A stretch of DNA of 26,911 bases from a virus (lineage: Duplodnaviria; Caudoviricetes), in the IMG/VR virus record IMGVR_UViG_3300025890_000126, positions 1 through 26,911 of that record; one strand, written 5' to 3'. The notes below the pieces were generated by a model. It worked only from the letters and a program-made list of their open reading frames with translations, was not told where the DNA came from and did not search any database. Numbering within the stretch: the stretch's first letter is position 1; each line of letters begins with the position of its first letter. Below are positions 18,692 to 26,911 of this stretch, in pieces. A program made the position numbers and the translations under genes.

Positions 18692-18746
18692 ATTTTCTTA
18701 TTTTTATTTTGTTTGCGTTGTATTTAATTTAAAATTATAAAACTTA

Positions 18747-20516
18747 TTAAGCTGGGAATTCAGCACCTGTTGGTAAGACATTGAAGTCGAGTACTACAAA
18801 TTCCGCAGATTTTACGGGTTGGAGGTAAATAGCACCTCTCAACTCATTTCTATCAATTACATCAGGACCATTGTTAGTATCATCCATTACTACTTTAAAA
18901 GCATATATGCCTTGTCTTTGTTGTACTAATTCCATATAAGGATTAACAACTGCAAGAAAAGCATTTCTAGTTGCTAAAGAGTTAGGTTCAAATACTAAAT
19001 TTTGAGCAACATTACCAATAAAGTCTTTAAGTGTTATTAACAATCTTCTAACATTAACTCTGTCAGTTGCTGATGCCGCTGATTGTAATGTTTTTTGACC
19101 ATATACCGCTACACCTGTAGATGGGAATTTAACAAGTGGGTTTACTTTATTTTCATACAAAGTATCTCTATCAGCTCTAGGTAATGTTCTTTCAGGAAGA
19201 ACTACATTTGCTATATTACCTCTAGTTAAACCTGCAGGAGCAAACCATGCAGCTGATGTGTTATCATTAAAGACATATACTGATGGGATCAGAGTTGATG
19301 CAGGGCACCAAACTGCTTTACCAGTTTGTGAATCGTTTGTTAACAACCAAGGCCAATATGAAGCACCATATGAGGTATTTAATAAATTAGCTTGAGTAGT
19401 TACGTCACTTACATCTTTTCCATAAGTAACTAAATCAATAGGTATAAGAGCATCTGTTCTAGTCTGTATATCGGTGATAAGCTCATCAATTATACTTTTG
19501 TGAGTTGCAAATTCATATATTAATCCAGGTAAAGATATTACATTAAATTTATATTGATCTTTATTTTTTAAAATATCAACAAAATTTGAATAATCAGCTG
19601 AAGGGGTTAATCCTTGAGAATTAGTATTAGTAATATTTTCATTCATATTACATCCACCTGCGGGAACTACAAGTCCTTTTCCTGAAGCAAAAGCTCCATT
19701 TTGAATAGCAGGAACTGAAGCGGTGAAATCAGCATTACTTATATTACCTGCTGCATCTAAATAATTAGGAGTTGTTTCATTTACTGCTGAAACATATACA
19801 TAATTACTTTTAGAAGGATATTCACCATTAATTTTTACATAATAGTCGCTATTATCGGGGTCAATTCCTACTTCAGAATAAGTATCTCCAATTAATTTAG
19901 AAATATAATTGTCTGAAAAAGGGTCTAAGCTTACACCTCTATAGGTTTCAATTACTTTTTTATCCGTAGATTTATCATCAGCTTGTCTGATAATAAGGGT
20001 AAAAGTACCTGAAGCTTCATCTCTAGAAGTAATTTCCCATCTTAAATTATCTTTAGAACCACTTACTAAAGTTGAAGTAGCGTGACTATTATAGAAGTCA
20101 GTAGACGAAGTACTATTCATCACAGCTCCTTGAGAAATTGTTGTTAATTCGAATACACCAGTTCCTGTATAAGTGCCATCATAACTTGCACTATTTCCTA
20201 CTTTAGTAGATACTGAAGAAGTGAAAGAGGTAAAGTCACGAACTACCCTTTGTACTAATAAATTAGTACCTCCTTGTTGGAAGTAATTTTGGGCTGTTAT
20301 TGAAGTTAAAAATGAGTAATCTTCTCCACCACTTAAAAAAGTAGTTCCGAATTTAGTTTTGAAGTCACTAAAAGTAGTTACTGTAGTAGGAATACCTACG
20401 GGTCCTAAAGGGGTAGGACCCACAACAGCTGCCCCTACAGGGGCGGCTGCTGCTTCTAATATTGTAGGCACATCCTCATTAGTAAATACTCCTGGTGAGA
20501 TTATTTGTTCTGCCAT
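18747..20516 (-). CDS. gp18: Tail sheath protein, copy 2 (589 aa)
   Basis: N-terminal 'SPGVFTNE', then 'WFAPAG..RG', 'DTLY..KVNP', 'GQKTL', 'DRVNVRRL', 'LQPVKSAEF' sheath motifs. Confidence 0.93.
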   Translation of the reverse strand: MAEQIISPGVFTNEDVPTILEAAAAPVGAAVVGPTPLGPVGIPTTVTTFSDFKTKFGTTFLSGGEDYSFLTSITAQNYFQQGGTNLLVQRVVRDFTSFTSSVSTKVGNSASYDGTYTGTGVFELTTISQGAVMNSTSSTDFYNSHATSTLVSGSKDNLRWEITSRDEASGTFTLIIRQADDKSTDKKVIETYRGVSLDPFSDNYISKLIGDTYSEVGIDPDNSDYYVKINGEYPSKSNYVYVSAVNETTPNYLDAAGNISNADFTASVPAIQNGAFASGKGLVVPAGGCNMNENITNTNSQGLTPSADYSNFVDILKNKDQYKFNVISLPGLIYEFATHKSIIDELITDIQTRTDALIPIDLVTYGKDVSDVTTQANLLNTSYGASYWPWLLTNDSQTGKAVWCPASTLIPSVYVFNDNTSAAWFAPAGLTRGNIANVVLPERTLPRADRDTLYENKVNPLVKFPSTGVAVYGQKTLQSAASATDRVNVRRLLITLKDFIGNVAQNLVFEPNSLATRNAFLAVVNPYMELVQQRQGIYAFKVVMDDTNNGPDVIDRNELRGAIYLQPVKSAEFVVLDFNVLPTGAEFPA

Positions 20517-20557
20517 GTTATTTTATTTTCAAATGTTTATTTTAATTATTTATTTAA

Positions 20558-22321
20558 TTAAGCGGTAGGGAATTCAGCACCTGTTGGTAAGACATTAAAA
20601 TCAAGTATTATAAATTCTGCAGTCTTAACGGGTTGGAGATAAATAGCACCTCTTAATTCGTTTCTATCAATAACATCAGGGCCGTTATTAGTAGCATCCA
20701 TTACTACTTTAAAGGCGTACAAACCTTGTTTTTGTTGTACAACTTCAAGATAAGGATTAACAACTGCCAAGAAACTATTTCTAGTTGCTAAAGAATTAGG
20801 TTCAAATACTAAATCTTGAGCTACATTATTGATAAAGTTTTTTAAAGAAATTAACAATCTTCTAACATTAACTCTATCCGTTGCAGAGGCTTTTGTTTGA
20901 AGTGTTTTTTGACCGTATACTACAACACCTGTGTTGGGGAATGTAGCAATAGGATTTACTTTATTAGTATACAAAGTATCTCTTGAAGATCTTGGTAATG
21001 TTCTTTCAGGGGCTATTACTTTAGGCATAGATCCTCTAGTAAAGCCTGCGGGAGCAAACCAAGCTTCAGCATTATTATCATTAAAAACATATACTGATGG
21101 GATAATGGTTGATGCAGGCACCCAAGCATTTTTATTTAAATCTTCATCACGTACTTTAACCCAAGGCCAATAAGAAGACGCATATGAAGTATTTAAAGTA
21201 CCTGCTTGAGTAGTTACAGTTGATAAAGCAGCATTATATGGAACTAAATCTATTGGAATCAAAGCATCACCCCTAGCAGTTAAATTAGTAATAATACTAT
21301 CTAATTGTGTTTTATGACTGGATTGGTTATAAAGTAATCCCGGAGTAAATAACACATTATAAGGGAATTCATCTTTATTCTTTAAAAGATTAATTGCACC
21401 TTCATAATCGTCACCTTCTAGTCCTTGAGTATTTTTATCTACAATATTTTCATTATATAAAGTACCTGCAGCTTGAGCTCCAAAAATTGTACCACTTGCA
21501 TTTCCAAATGAACCACTTTGATTAGCAGGTATTTTAAAGGCATCCGCTGCTATTCTAATATTATTATCTTCGTCTAAATAATCAGGAGTAGTATAATTAA
21601 CTGAATTAATTACCACATATTTACTAATATTTGGGTATTGTCCTGTTACACTGACATAATATCCGTTTGAACTATCTCCTGCAATAGATTTGACTTGGTT
21701 ACCAACTCTTTTAGCAATAAAGTTTGGTGAACGTGGGTCTAGGTTAACTCCTCTAAAGGTTTCTAATATAATCTTTTCAGAATTTCTATCATCACCTTGT
21801 CTAACACTTAAAGTAAAAGTACCAGATCCTGTGTCTGCTTGGGAAATTTCCCATCTTAAATTGTCTTTAGTACCTGTTGGAAGAGTATTACCTGCGGCTT
21901 CGGTGTCACCAGTATTCATTTTATCCCCTTCAGAAATGGTATTAATTTGGAATACATTATTATCCGCTAAAGCACCACCATCACTACCCGTTTCAATTTG
22001 AGAAGAAGTTGCTGCTGTAAAAGCATTACCAGCGTCTGAAGCACTAGCTACTCTAGTTACTAATAAACGTTGTCCTCCTTGTTGGAAATAGTTGTAAGCT
22101 GCTATATTGGTAAAATAGTTTCTAGCTACACCTCCACTAACAAAGGTACCACCAAATTTTTGTATATAGTCACTATAAGTTGTTGTTATAGTAGGAACCC
22201 CAACAGGACCTAATACTGTAGGACCTATAATAGCAGCACCTACAGGTACTACGGGGGCTTCAGTTGTCACAGGAACACTTTCATTTGTAAATACTCCTGG
22301 TGAGATTATTTGTTCTGCCAT
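20558..22321 (-). CDS. gp18: Tail sheath protein, copy 1 (587 aa)
   Basis: Same sheath motifs; full-length paralog of 18747-20516. Confidence 0.93.
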   Translation of the reverse strand: MAEQIISPGVFTNESVPVTTEAPVVPVGAAIIGPTVLGPVGVPTITTTYSDYIQKFGGTFVSGGVARNYFTNIAAYNYFQQGGQRLLVTRVASASDAGNAFTAATSSQIETGSDGGALADNNVFQINTISEGDKMNTGDTEAAGNTLPTGTKDNLRWEISQADTGSGTFTLSVRQGDDRNSEKIILETFRGVNLDPRSPNFIAKRVGNQVKSIAGDSSNGYYVSVTGQYPNISKYVVINSVNYTTPDYLDEDNNIRIAADAFKIPANQSGSFGNASGTIFGAQAAGTLYNENIVDKNTQGLEGDDYEGAINLLKNKDEFPYNVLFTPGLLYNQSSHKTQLDSIITNLTARGDALIPIDLVPYNAALSTVTTQAGTLNTSYASSYWPWVKVRDEDLNKNAWVPASTIIPSVYVFNDNNAEAWFAPAGFTRGSMPKVIAPERTLPRSSRDTLYTNKVNPIATFPNTGVVVYGQKTLQTKASATDRVNVRRLLISLKNFINNVAQDLVFEPNSLATRNSFLAVVNPYLEVVQQKQGLYAFKVVMDATNNGPDVIDRNELRGAIYLQPVKTAEFIILDFNVLPTGAEFPTA

Positions 22322-22344
22322 GTTATTTTAAATTAATTTTGTTG

Positions 22345-22352
22345 ATAAATAT
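22345..22352 (-). promoter_or_regulatory. ATATTTAT motif upstream of sheath copy 1
   Basis: 23 nt before the ATG. Confidence 0.6.
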
Positions 22353-22373
22353 CAAAGTTTTTCAAGTTGCGTT

Positions 22374-22625
22374 TTATTGTTTAGAAATGGTTCCATGTTC
22401 TAAATTAATGACCCCATCTCCATATTTTTTATTTAAAGTATTAGCTATTTCAATTTCTTTTTGTTTTACTTTATCTAGTTTTTCAATAAATTTTTCTTTT
22501 TGTAACTCAAGAGATTGAATTTGATATTCAACTGGGCCAAAAGAATCTATTAAATTATTTTGTTCTTGTTGTAATTCTTTTAATTCCTTTAATTCTTGTT
22601 CTTCTAATGATATAACATTTTCCAT
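22374..22625 (-). CDS. Small coiled-coil protein (83 aa)
   Basis: E/K/Q/L-rich heptad pattern ending 'KYGDGVINLEHG'; has its own upstream motif. Confidence 0.75.
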   Translation of the reverse strand: MENVISLEEQELKELKELQQEQNNLIDSFGPVEYQIQSLELQKEKFIEKLDKVKQKEIEIANTLNKKYGDGVINLEHGTISKQ

Positions 22626-22643
22626 AATATAATACTTTTGAAT

Positions 22644-22651
22644 ATAAATAT
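22644..22651 (-). promoter_or_regulatory. ATATTTAT motif upstream of the 83-aa gene
   Basis: 18 nt before the ATG. Confidence 0.55.
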
Positions 22652-22661
22652 GGTAAAATTT

Positions 22662-23576
22662 TTATAAATTGGTATTAATGTCATCTAAGAAACGATTCTT
22701 TCTTTCATTTGTAAGAGCTTCAGAGGTTTCACTTGTAAAGTTTATTTTAGAGTCAGTAGAGTATTTGTTCAAAGCATTAAGATCTTTTTGAACTACATTA
22801 GGAATAATATATCCCGGCATTTTTATATCAAAATTTGCTTTTACCATACGTTGGGAACCTGCTTGAATTTCTGTTACTGTTTGATAACTACTAATTAAAG
22901 CTCTAAATTTAAACCTTTCAGGATCTCCCCAATAAGTGTCTGCTGCAAAATTAATAGCTTCTATTATATGGTTTAATTGTTCGACATAGTAAGTGTAAAC
23001 TATACAACTATATAATAAATTTACATAATCAGGCATAACTACTGCTTGATAAGTTTTAATAGGTTCATATCCATTTAAAATACTTATATTATTATAAGAA
23101 TTTTGACGAGTGTATTTTTGTTGAAAAACCCTATAAGTTTGAGGATAATTAGCATCTATTTTAGTAGTAATACCCCTAACTCTATCTATATTTATTCTCC
23201 TAAACATAATAATAGGAGCCATAATTTTACCTTTATCATCTCTATAATATCCATCCTTTTGTACTGATTTCCAACGTTCAGGGGAACCATATATTACGGG
23301 GACAGCTATCCTATTACCATTTTGGATTACTGAAGGGCGGATTACATTATCAAAATAATATTTAATAGTTTCATCTATGTCCTTAATGCCTATTGTTAAA
23401 GGTTTATGGGTATCATCTTTTTGGGAGAGTTGTTTTGCTCTTTCAGGGTTAACAACTTGGTTATTAGTCCTAGTGTCAATAGGAGTATTAGGATTACCCC
23501 TATGAGGATCCGTAGGGGTAATTTGGGAAAGGGATATTTCTCTTTGTGATTTAGGGATTGGGGTTTTGCCTGCCAT
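22662..23576 (-). CDS. Tail completion / sheath stabiliser (T4 gp15-like), 304 aa
   Basis: 'VPVIYGSPERW' and 'P.YVNLLYSCIVYT....QLNHIIE' gp15-like motifs; lies between the neck and sheath genes. Confidence 0.7.
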   Translation of the reverse strand: MAGKTPIPKSQREISLSQITPTDPHRGNPNTPIDTRTNNQVVNPERAKQLSQKDDTHKPLTIGIKDIDETIKYYFDNVIRPSVIQNGNRIAVPVIYGSPERWKSVQKDGYYRDDKGKIMAPIIMFRRINIDRVRGITTKIDANYPQTYRVFQQKYTRQNSYNNISILNGYEPIKTYQAVVMPDYVNLLYSCIVYTYYVEQLNHIIEAINFAADTYWGDPERFKFRALISSYQTVTEIQAGSQRMVKANFDIKMPGYIIPNVVQKDLNALNKYSTDSKINFTSETSEALTNERKNRFLDDINTNL

Positions 23577-24082
23577 TACCTTTCTTTAGTTATGCCAAAT
23601 TTATCAGCGGGTTCATAGTGAGTTTCACATATAACTGAGAGGCTAGCTCCAAATTTGTCTAAACCCGGATTTAGGGGGTTTACGTCATTAGGAAATTCAG
23701 GATTTTTACCCATAAAATATTGATTAGCTACAACAGTATCTACTTGATAATATCCTTCTTGGTATAATATAATGTCTCCTACTTCCATTAATACCCCTGC
23801 TTCCATTAAATCTTCTCTAAAAAATTTAAAAGTAATACCCCAATTAAAGTCTACACCTAAGTCATTTTCAGGATATTCTTGATCACGTCTATCTATTAGT
23901 ACGTTAAATAATGTAGGACCATTATAAAATTTCCCCCCTGCTGCTTCACCATATAAATTAAAAGTAGTTTCTTGTAGTTTTAGTTTATATACAGAACATT
24001 GTTGAGTAATTATATCACCTAGTAATTCTCTATTAACTTTTTTAAATAGATTAATATCTCTAGTTCCTCCAAATAATGCCAT
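23576..24082 (-). CDS. Neck / head-closure protein (T4 gp14-like), 168 aa
   Basis: 'NLYGEA', 'EVGDIILY...YYQVDTV' pattern; TAATG-coupled to both neighbours. Confidence 0.65.
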   Translation of the reverse strand: MALFGGTRDINLFKKVNRELLGDIITQQCSVYKLKLQETTFNLYGEAAGGKFYNGPTLFNVLIDRRDQEYPENDLGVDFNWGITFKFFREDLMEAGVLMEVGDIILYQEGYYQVDTVVANQYFMGKNPEFPNDVNPLNPGLDKFGASLSVICETHYEPADKFGITKER

Positions 24083-25236
24083 TATCCAATAAAAATTGTG
24101 CGGGGTACGTTATTTAAATCTTTTTGTAAAAACTCAGCTTCATTAGCTTTTTTTTCTAATAATTTATTACGGGAAGTTTCTTCTAGATAACCTCTTAATC
24201 TTTCTAATAAAGCAGTTTTTTCAGAAGTTGCGGCTGTAATTAAATCATTATGATTAAGTGTAGTATCTGATCCTGGGATTGGGATAGTGGTATATTTGCC
24301 TCTTATGTAACCTAACATTTCTTTAGTTAAGGCTAAAGCATATTCAAATATCCATTGTCTCCCTATGGAATTAATGTAAGCGTAAGTAGGGTTAGTATAA
24401 GGTACTGTAGAAACATCTGTTATAACTCCTACACCAGCACTTCCTGAGACTATTGGGTTATTTCTATCCGATTTGAGGATATAATTAAAATATAATTTTT
24501 CATCTCTTAAAGGAATTGGGAATATTCTAATCTTATTATTTACTAATTCAAAACTATAATTAGATTTTCTAATTTGGTCATTAAATTCAATAGCTTGGAG
24601 TTTTGCTAGGTCATAATTTATAGGCATCATCATAAAATTGATACCTGGGGACATTCCTCCAAATCCAAATTGGTCCATAAAACTCCCCATATCTGATGTT
24701 CCTACTCCTGCATAGGGATCAAAGAAACGGACAATTGCAGGTCTAGCTTCATAAAATATTTTTTTAACTTCTATATTATTTTTACTTTCACTTATAGAAT
24801 CAGCAAACTCTTGTAAATCGTATACTTGAGTACCTTTTGTCATTTCAATGCTACCTGTTCTATATTCAACATTACCTCCTACACCAGCTTCAACTCCATA
24901 TTGTTCTGCTATTTGTATTGTTCTCCCCAAATTAGGTTGGGTAAGTTTATAATTTAAATTGGATCCTGTAGTAGCTCCTTCTAGGGATAAATAATTTTCA
25001 CTTGCCTTAAAAGCAAATACTTCATTACCATAAGTAGTTACTGCTTCTTCAAATGCCGTATAAAAATTAATATCTTGTAATTCTACATCTGTAAGAGGAT
25101 ATCCTAAACGGCGTGAACAAAATACCGCTACCTTTTCAGCATCAGTTTGAAATTCTATATCATTATCATAAAAACCAAAAGGAGTATCCCCGGGGAAAAA
25201 TGAACTAGAGCCGGGCCATATAGGGGTATTTGCCAT
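24082..25236 (-). CDS. Neck / head-tail adaptor (T4 gp13-like), 384 aa
   Basis: 'RRLGYPLTDVEL', 'WIFEYALALTKEMLGYIRGKY..IPIPG..TTLN' characteristic of the gp13 family. Confidence 0.8.
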   Translation of the reverse strand: MANTPIWPGSSSFFPGDTPFGFYDNDIEFQTDAEKVAVFCSRRLGYPLTDVELQDINFYTAFEEAVTTYGNEVFAFKASENYLSLEGATTGSNLNYKLTQPNLGRTIQIAEQYGVEAGVGGNVEYRTGSIEMTKGTQVYDLQEFADSISESKNNIEVKKIFYEARPAIVRFFDPYAGVGTSDMGSFMDQFGFGGMSPGINFMMMPINYDLAKLQAIEFNDQIRKSNYSFELVNNKIRIFPIPLRDEKLYFNYILKSDRNNPIVSGSAGVGVITDVSTVPYTNPTYAYINSIGRQWIFEYALALTKEMLGYIRGKYTTIPIPGSDTTLNHNDLITAATSEKTALLERLRGYLEETSRNKLLEKKANEAEFLQKDLNNVPRTIFIG

Positions 25237-25247
25237 GTTGTTTGTTT

Positions 25248-25255
25248 ATAAATAT
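25248..25255 (-). promoter_or_regulatory. ATATTTAT motif upstream of the neck gene
   Basis: 11 nt before the ATG. Confidence 0.55.
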
Positions 25256-25278
25256 TATAAATTCCAACAAAAGCAAAA

Positions 25279-25971
25279 TTAAGTAATACCATTTATAGAA
25301 TCAATATCCCCCCAAACAGTACCATTCCAATTATTTATGTTAGCTGTGGCTATCCCGTCTACTTCGGCAACACCTGCTGGACCTGACCCTCCGCCTGTTA
25401 AGGTATAATCTAAATATATATTTGCTGCTACACTTGCATCTATTCCAAATATATAACTTACAGCTGAACCGGGATCAGAATTACTATAATCATTATCGTA
25501 TTGTATAACAGCGCAAATAAAGTAGTCATTAGTTTGCATGTCCGAGAATGCCGTACTTTTTAAAGTAAAGACATTATTAGAACTAGTATTCCACCCATTA
25601 AAGTTATCATTGTAATTAGTGTTAAAACTTAAATTACTATAATCTCCTCCTGTTATGGCACTTTGTCCATCTCCACCAAAAGCGGTACTTGGTACTAATA
25701 TTCTTCTACCTCCACTACTACTAAAACCTTTAACATTTACAGAGGCAGCACTAACTGTTCCTGTAATTGCGGTGGTATCAAAATAAAGAAAAGTTCTATA
25801 TATATTATATGCTAAACCTCTTCCTCCACTAGAAGCTACATAAGAAAAAGCATTTGCAGATTGGCCTGAAATATTTGCAGATTGACCAGTTGTACCATTT
25901 CGAACAGCATTGTGACTTGGTTGATTTACTAATCTGGAATAAGCAGCCGTTGAGACATTTATTGTAGGCAT
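25279..25971 (-). CDS. Probable virion-surface protein (230 aa): DNRLRE-like beta domain plus a C-terminal I-x-x-(V/I/W)-(D/N)-G repeat
   Basis: 'YRTFLYFDTTAITGTVSAASVNV' resembles the DNRLRE motif; tail reads 'VAEVDGIATANINNWNGTVWGDIDSINGI'. Confidence 0.55.
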   Translation of the reverse strand: MPTINVSTAAYSRLVNQPSHNAVRNGTTGQSANISGQSANAFSYVASSGGRGLAYNIYRTFLYFDTTAITGTVSAASVNVKGFSSSGGRRILVPSTAFGGDGQSAITGGDYSNLSFNTNYNDNFNGWNTSSNNVFTLKSTAFSDMQTNDYFICAVIQYDNDYSNSDPGSAVSYIFGIDASVAANIYLDYTLTGGGSGPAGVAEVDGIATANINNWNGTVWGDIDSINGIT

Positions 25972-25972
25972 A

Positions 25973-26911
25973 TTATGCTTTCTTAATATAATCTGGGGAT
26001 GGGTTAAAATAAACTACATTAGTAGATATTTTATACCCCATTATTCTAACAATTTTTCCTGTTCCTGGTTGGGTTGATGTTAGCCTCCCTACTGCTGTTG
26101 ATAAATAAACAGGGTCTCCAGCACTACCTCCGGGATCAGTGGCCATGTATACTGGTCCTTCTAAAAGCATACCATCTGAGGGGTCACCTGCTGCTGCTGC
26201 TGCTGTTGCTACTGCCATCCATCCTTTAGATGTAGATTCATTATCGGCGTCAGCACTGCCCCATGCTGCACTATTGTAATAATAAACATATCCTGCTGAA
26301 ATAGGATCAGGACTAGTAACGCTAGTATAAAATATACGAGAGCCAGGACCATATGTACCTGCTGAAGAAGCACCTTGGGGGGTTATTTTAATAGTACTAG
26401 CTGCTAAAATACCTGATAAAATGGCATCAGTTCCATCAAAAGTAAAATTAGCATCCCCATCTATTGAATTGGAATCAGTAAATGTTGCTATTCTATTATT
26501 TACTCCATTTGAAGCATCTACTAAAGCTGAACCCCAAACTCTAGAATCAATTTCATCTGTTTTTAAAACATTGTCTGAGTCTTTGATAACAACAGAATTA
26601 TCTACTCCTGTAGGCATATTCGGTACTTCAATAGTATCCGATATTGTTACTTCTCCAGTAATGTCTAATAAAGTACCATCAAAATTAAGATTAGCATTTA
26701 CAACACCCCCACCTGTACCATCATAAGTAATAACACCATCTTGAGTAGTTCCTGTAAGATTTAGTAAACCTGATGATCCTGATGTACCTGAAGTACCATC
26801 TGCTCCATTTTCACCTGAAGTACCTGATGATCCTGATGTACCTGAAGTACCTGAGGTACCATTGGCACCATCTGCTCCATTTTCACCTGAGGTACCTGAT
26901 GATCCTGATGT
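25973..26911 (-). CDS. Second collagen-like fibre protein, 5' partial (at least 312 aa), with a C-terminal capsid-cement/decoration-like domain
   Basis: The frame of the 214-aa track ORF stays open upstream to the window end (TSGSSGTSGENGADGANGTS...), so ATG 26617 is probably internal. C-terminus 'GDPVYLSTAVGRLTSTQP...IVRIMGY...VYFNP'. Confidence 0.8.
   Translation of the reverse strand, partial: TSGSSGTSGENGADGANGTSGTSGTSGSSGTSGENGADGTSGTSGSSGLLNLTGTTQDGVITYDGTGGGVVNANLNFDGTLLDITGEVTISDTIEVPNMPTGVDNSVVIKDSDNVLKTDEIDSRVWGSALVDASNGVNNRIATFTDSNSIDGDANFTFDGTDAILSGILAASTIKITPQGASSAGTYGPGSRIFYTSVTSPDPISAGYVYYYNSAAWGSADADNESTSKGWMAVATAAAAAGDPSDGMLLEGPVYMATDPGGSAGDPVYLSTAVGRLTSTQPGTGKIVRIMGYKISTNVVYFNPSPDYIKKA
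26762..26911 (-). repeat. G-X-Y tract (GTS/GSS/GEN/GAD) of the second fibre
   Basis: 9-nt periodicity; the block GSSGTSGENGADG occurs twice. Confidence 0.9.

Noticed and set aside
18203-25236. Extracellular contractile injection system (eCIS/tailocin) suggested by two sheath genes
   Set aside because: gp13/gp14-like head-joining genes are present, there is a single tube gene and a very long TMP, and no Afp15-like ATPase is visible. A phage is the better fit, although no capsid gene is in the window.
3656-25975. Stop-codon reassignment (none of the called genes ends in TAG)
   Set aside because: All genes are full length and densely packed under code 11 with no in-frame TAG needing read-through; TAA preference fits the AT richness.
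5694-26726. Short plus-strand ORFs opposite the large genes (e.g. 15053-15481, 15746-16210, 21690-22001)
   Set aside because: They lie antisense to well-supported genes and have no recognisable motifs or initiation signals.

Overview
An AT-rich segment (roughly 30% GC by eye) of a large myovirus (contractile-tailed phage) genome. Every credible gene lies on the minus strand and together they form a virion morphogenesis module. In transcription order (right to left): a partial Gly-X-Y fibre with a decoration-like C-terminal domain, a DNRLRE-like protein, neck/tail-completion genes (T4 gp13/gp14/gp15-like), a small coiled-coil protein, TWO tandem tail-sheath paralogs, the tail tube, a tail-assembly chaperone pair joined by a probable +1/-2 frameshift at a T7 run, a 2589-aa tape measure protein with cargo modules (including a peptidoglycan-binding domain), a 56-aa ORF missed by the track, baseplate genes (tube-fold initiator, LysM, hub), a hypothetical gene, and a fibre gene of at least 1208 aa that the ORF track missed. 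That fibre alternates nearly proline-free (Gly-Thr/Ser-Ser)n collagen-like tracts with ~110-137-aa domains, each bounded by exactly two cysteines. A sense-strand ATATTTAT motif precedes seven genes, and three terminator-like hairpins are present. The lack of Shine-Dalgarno motifs suggests a Bacteroidota host (inference). All product calls come from recognised motifs and synteny; no database searches were run.
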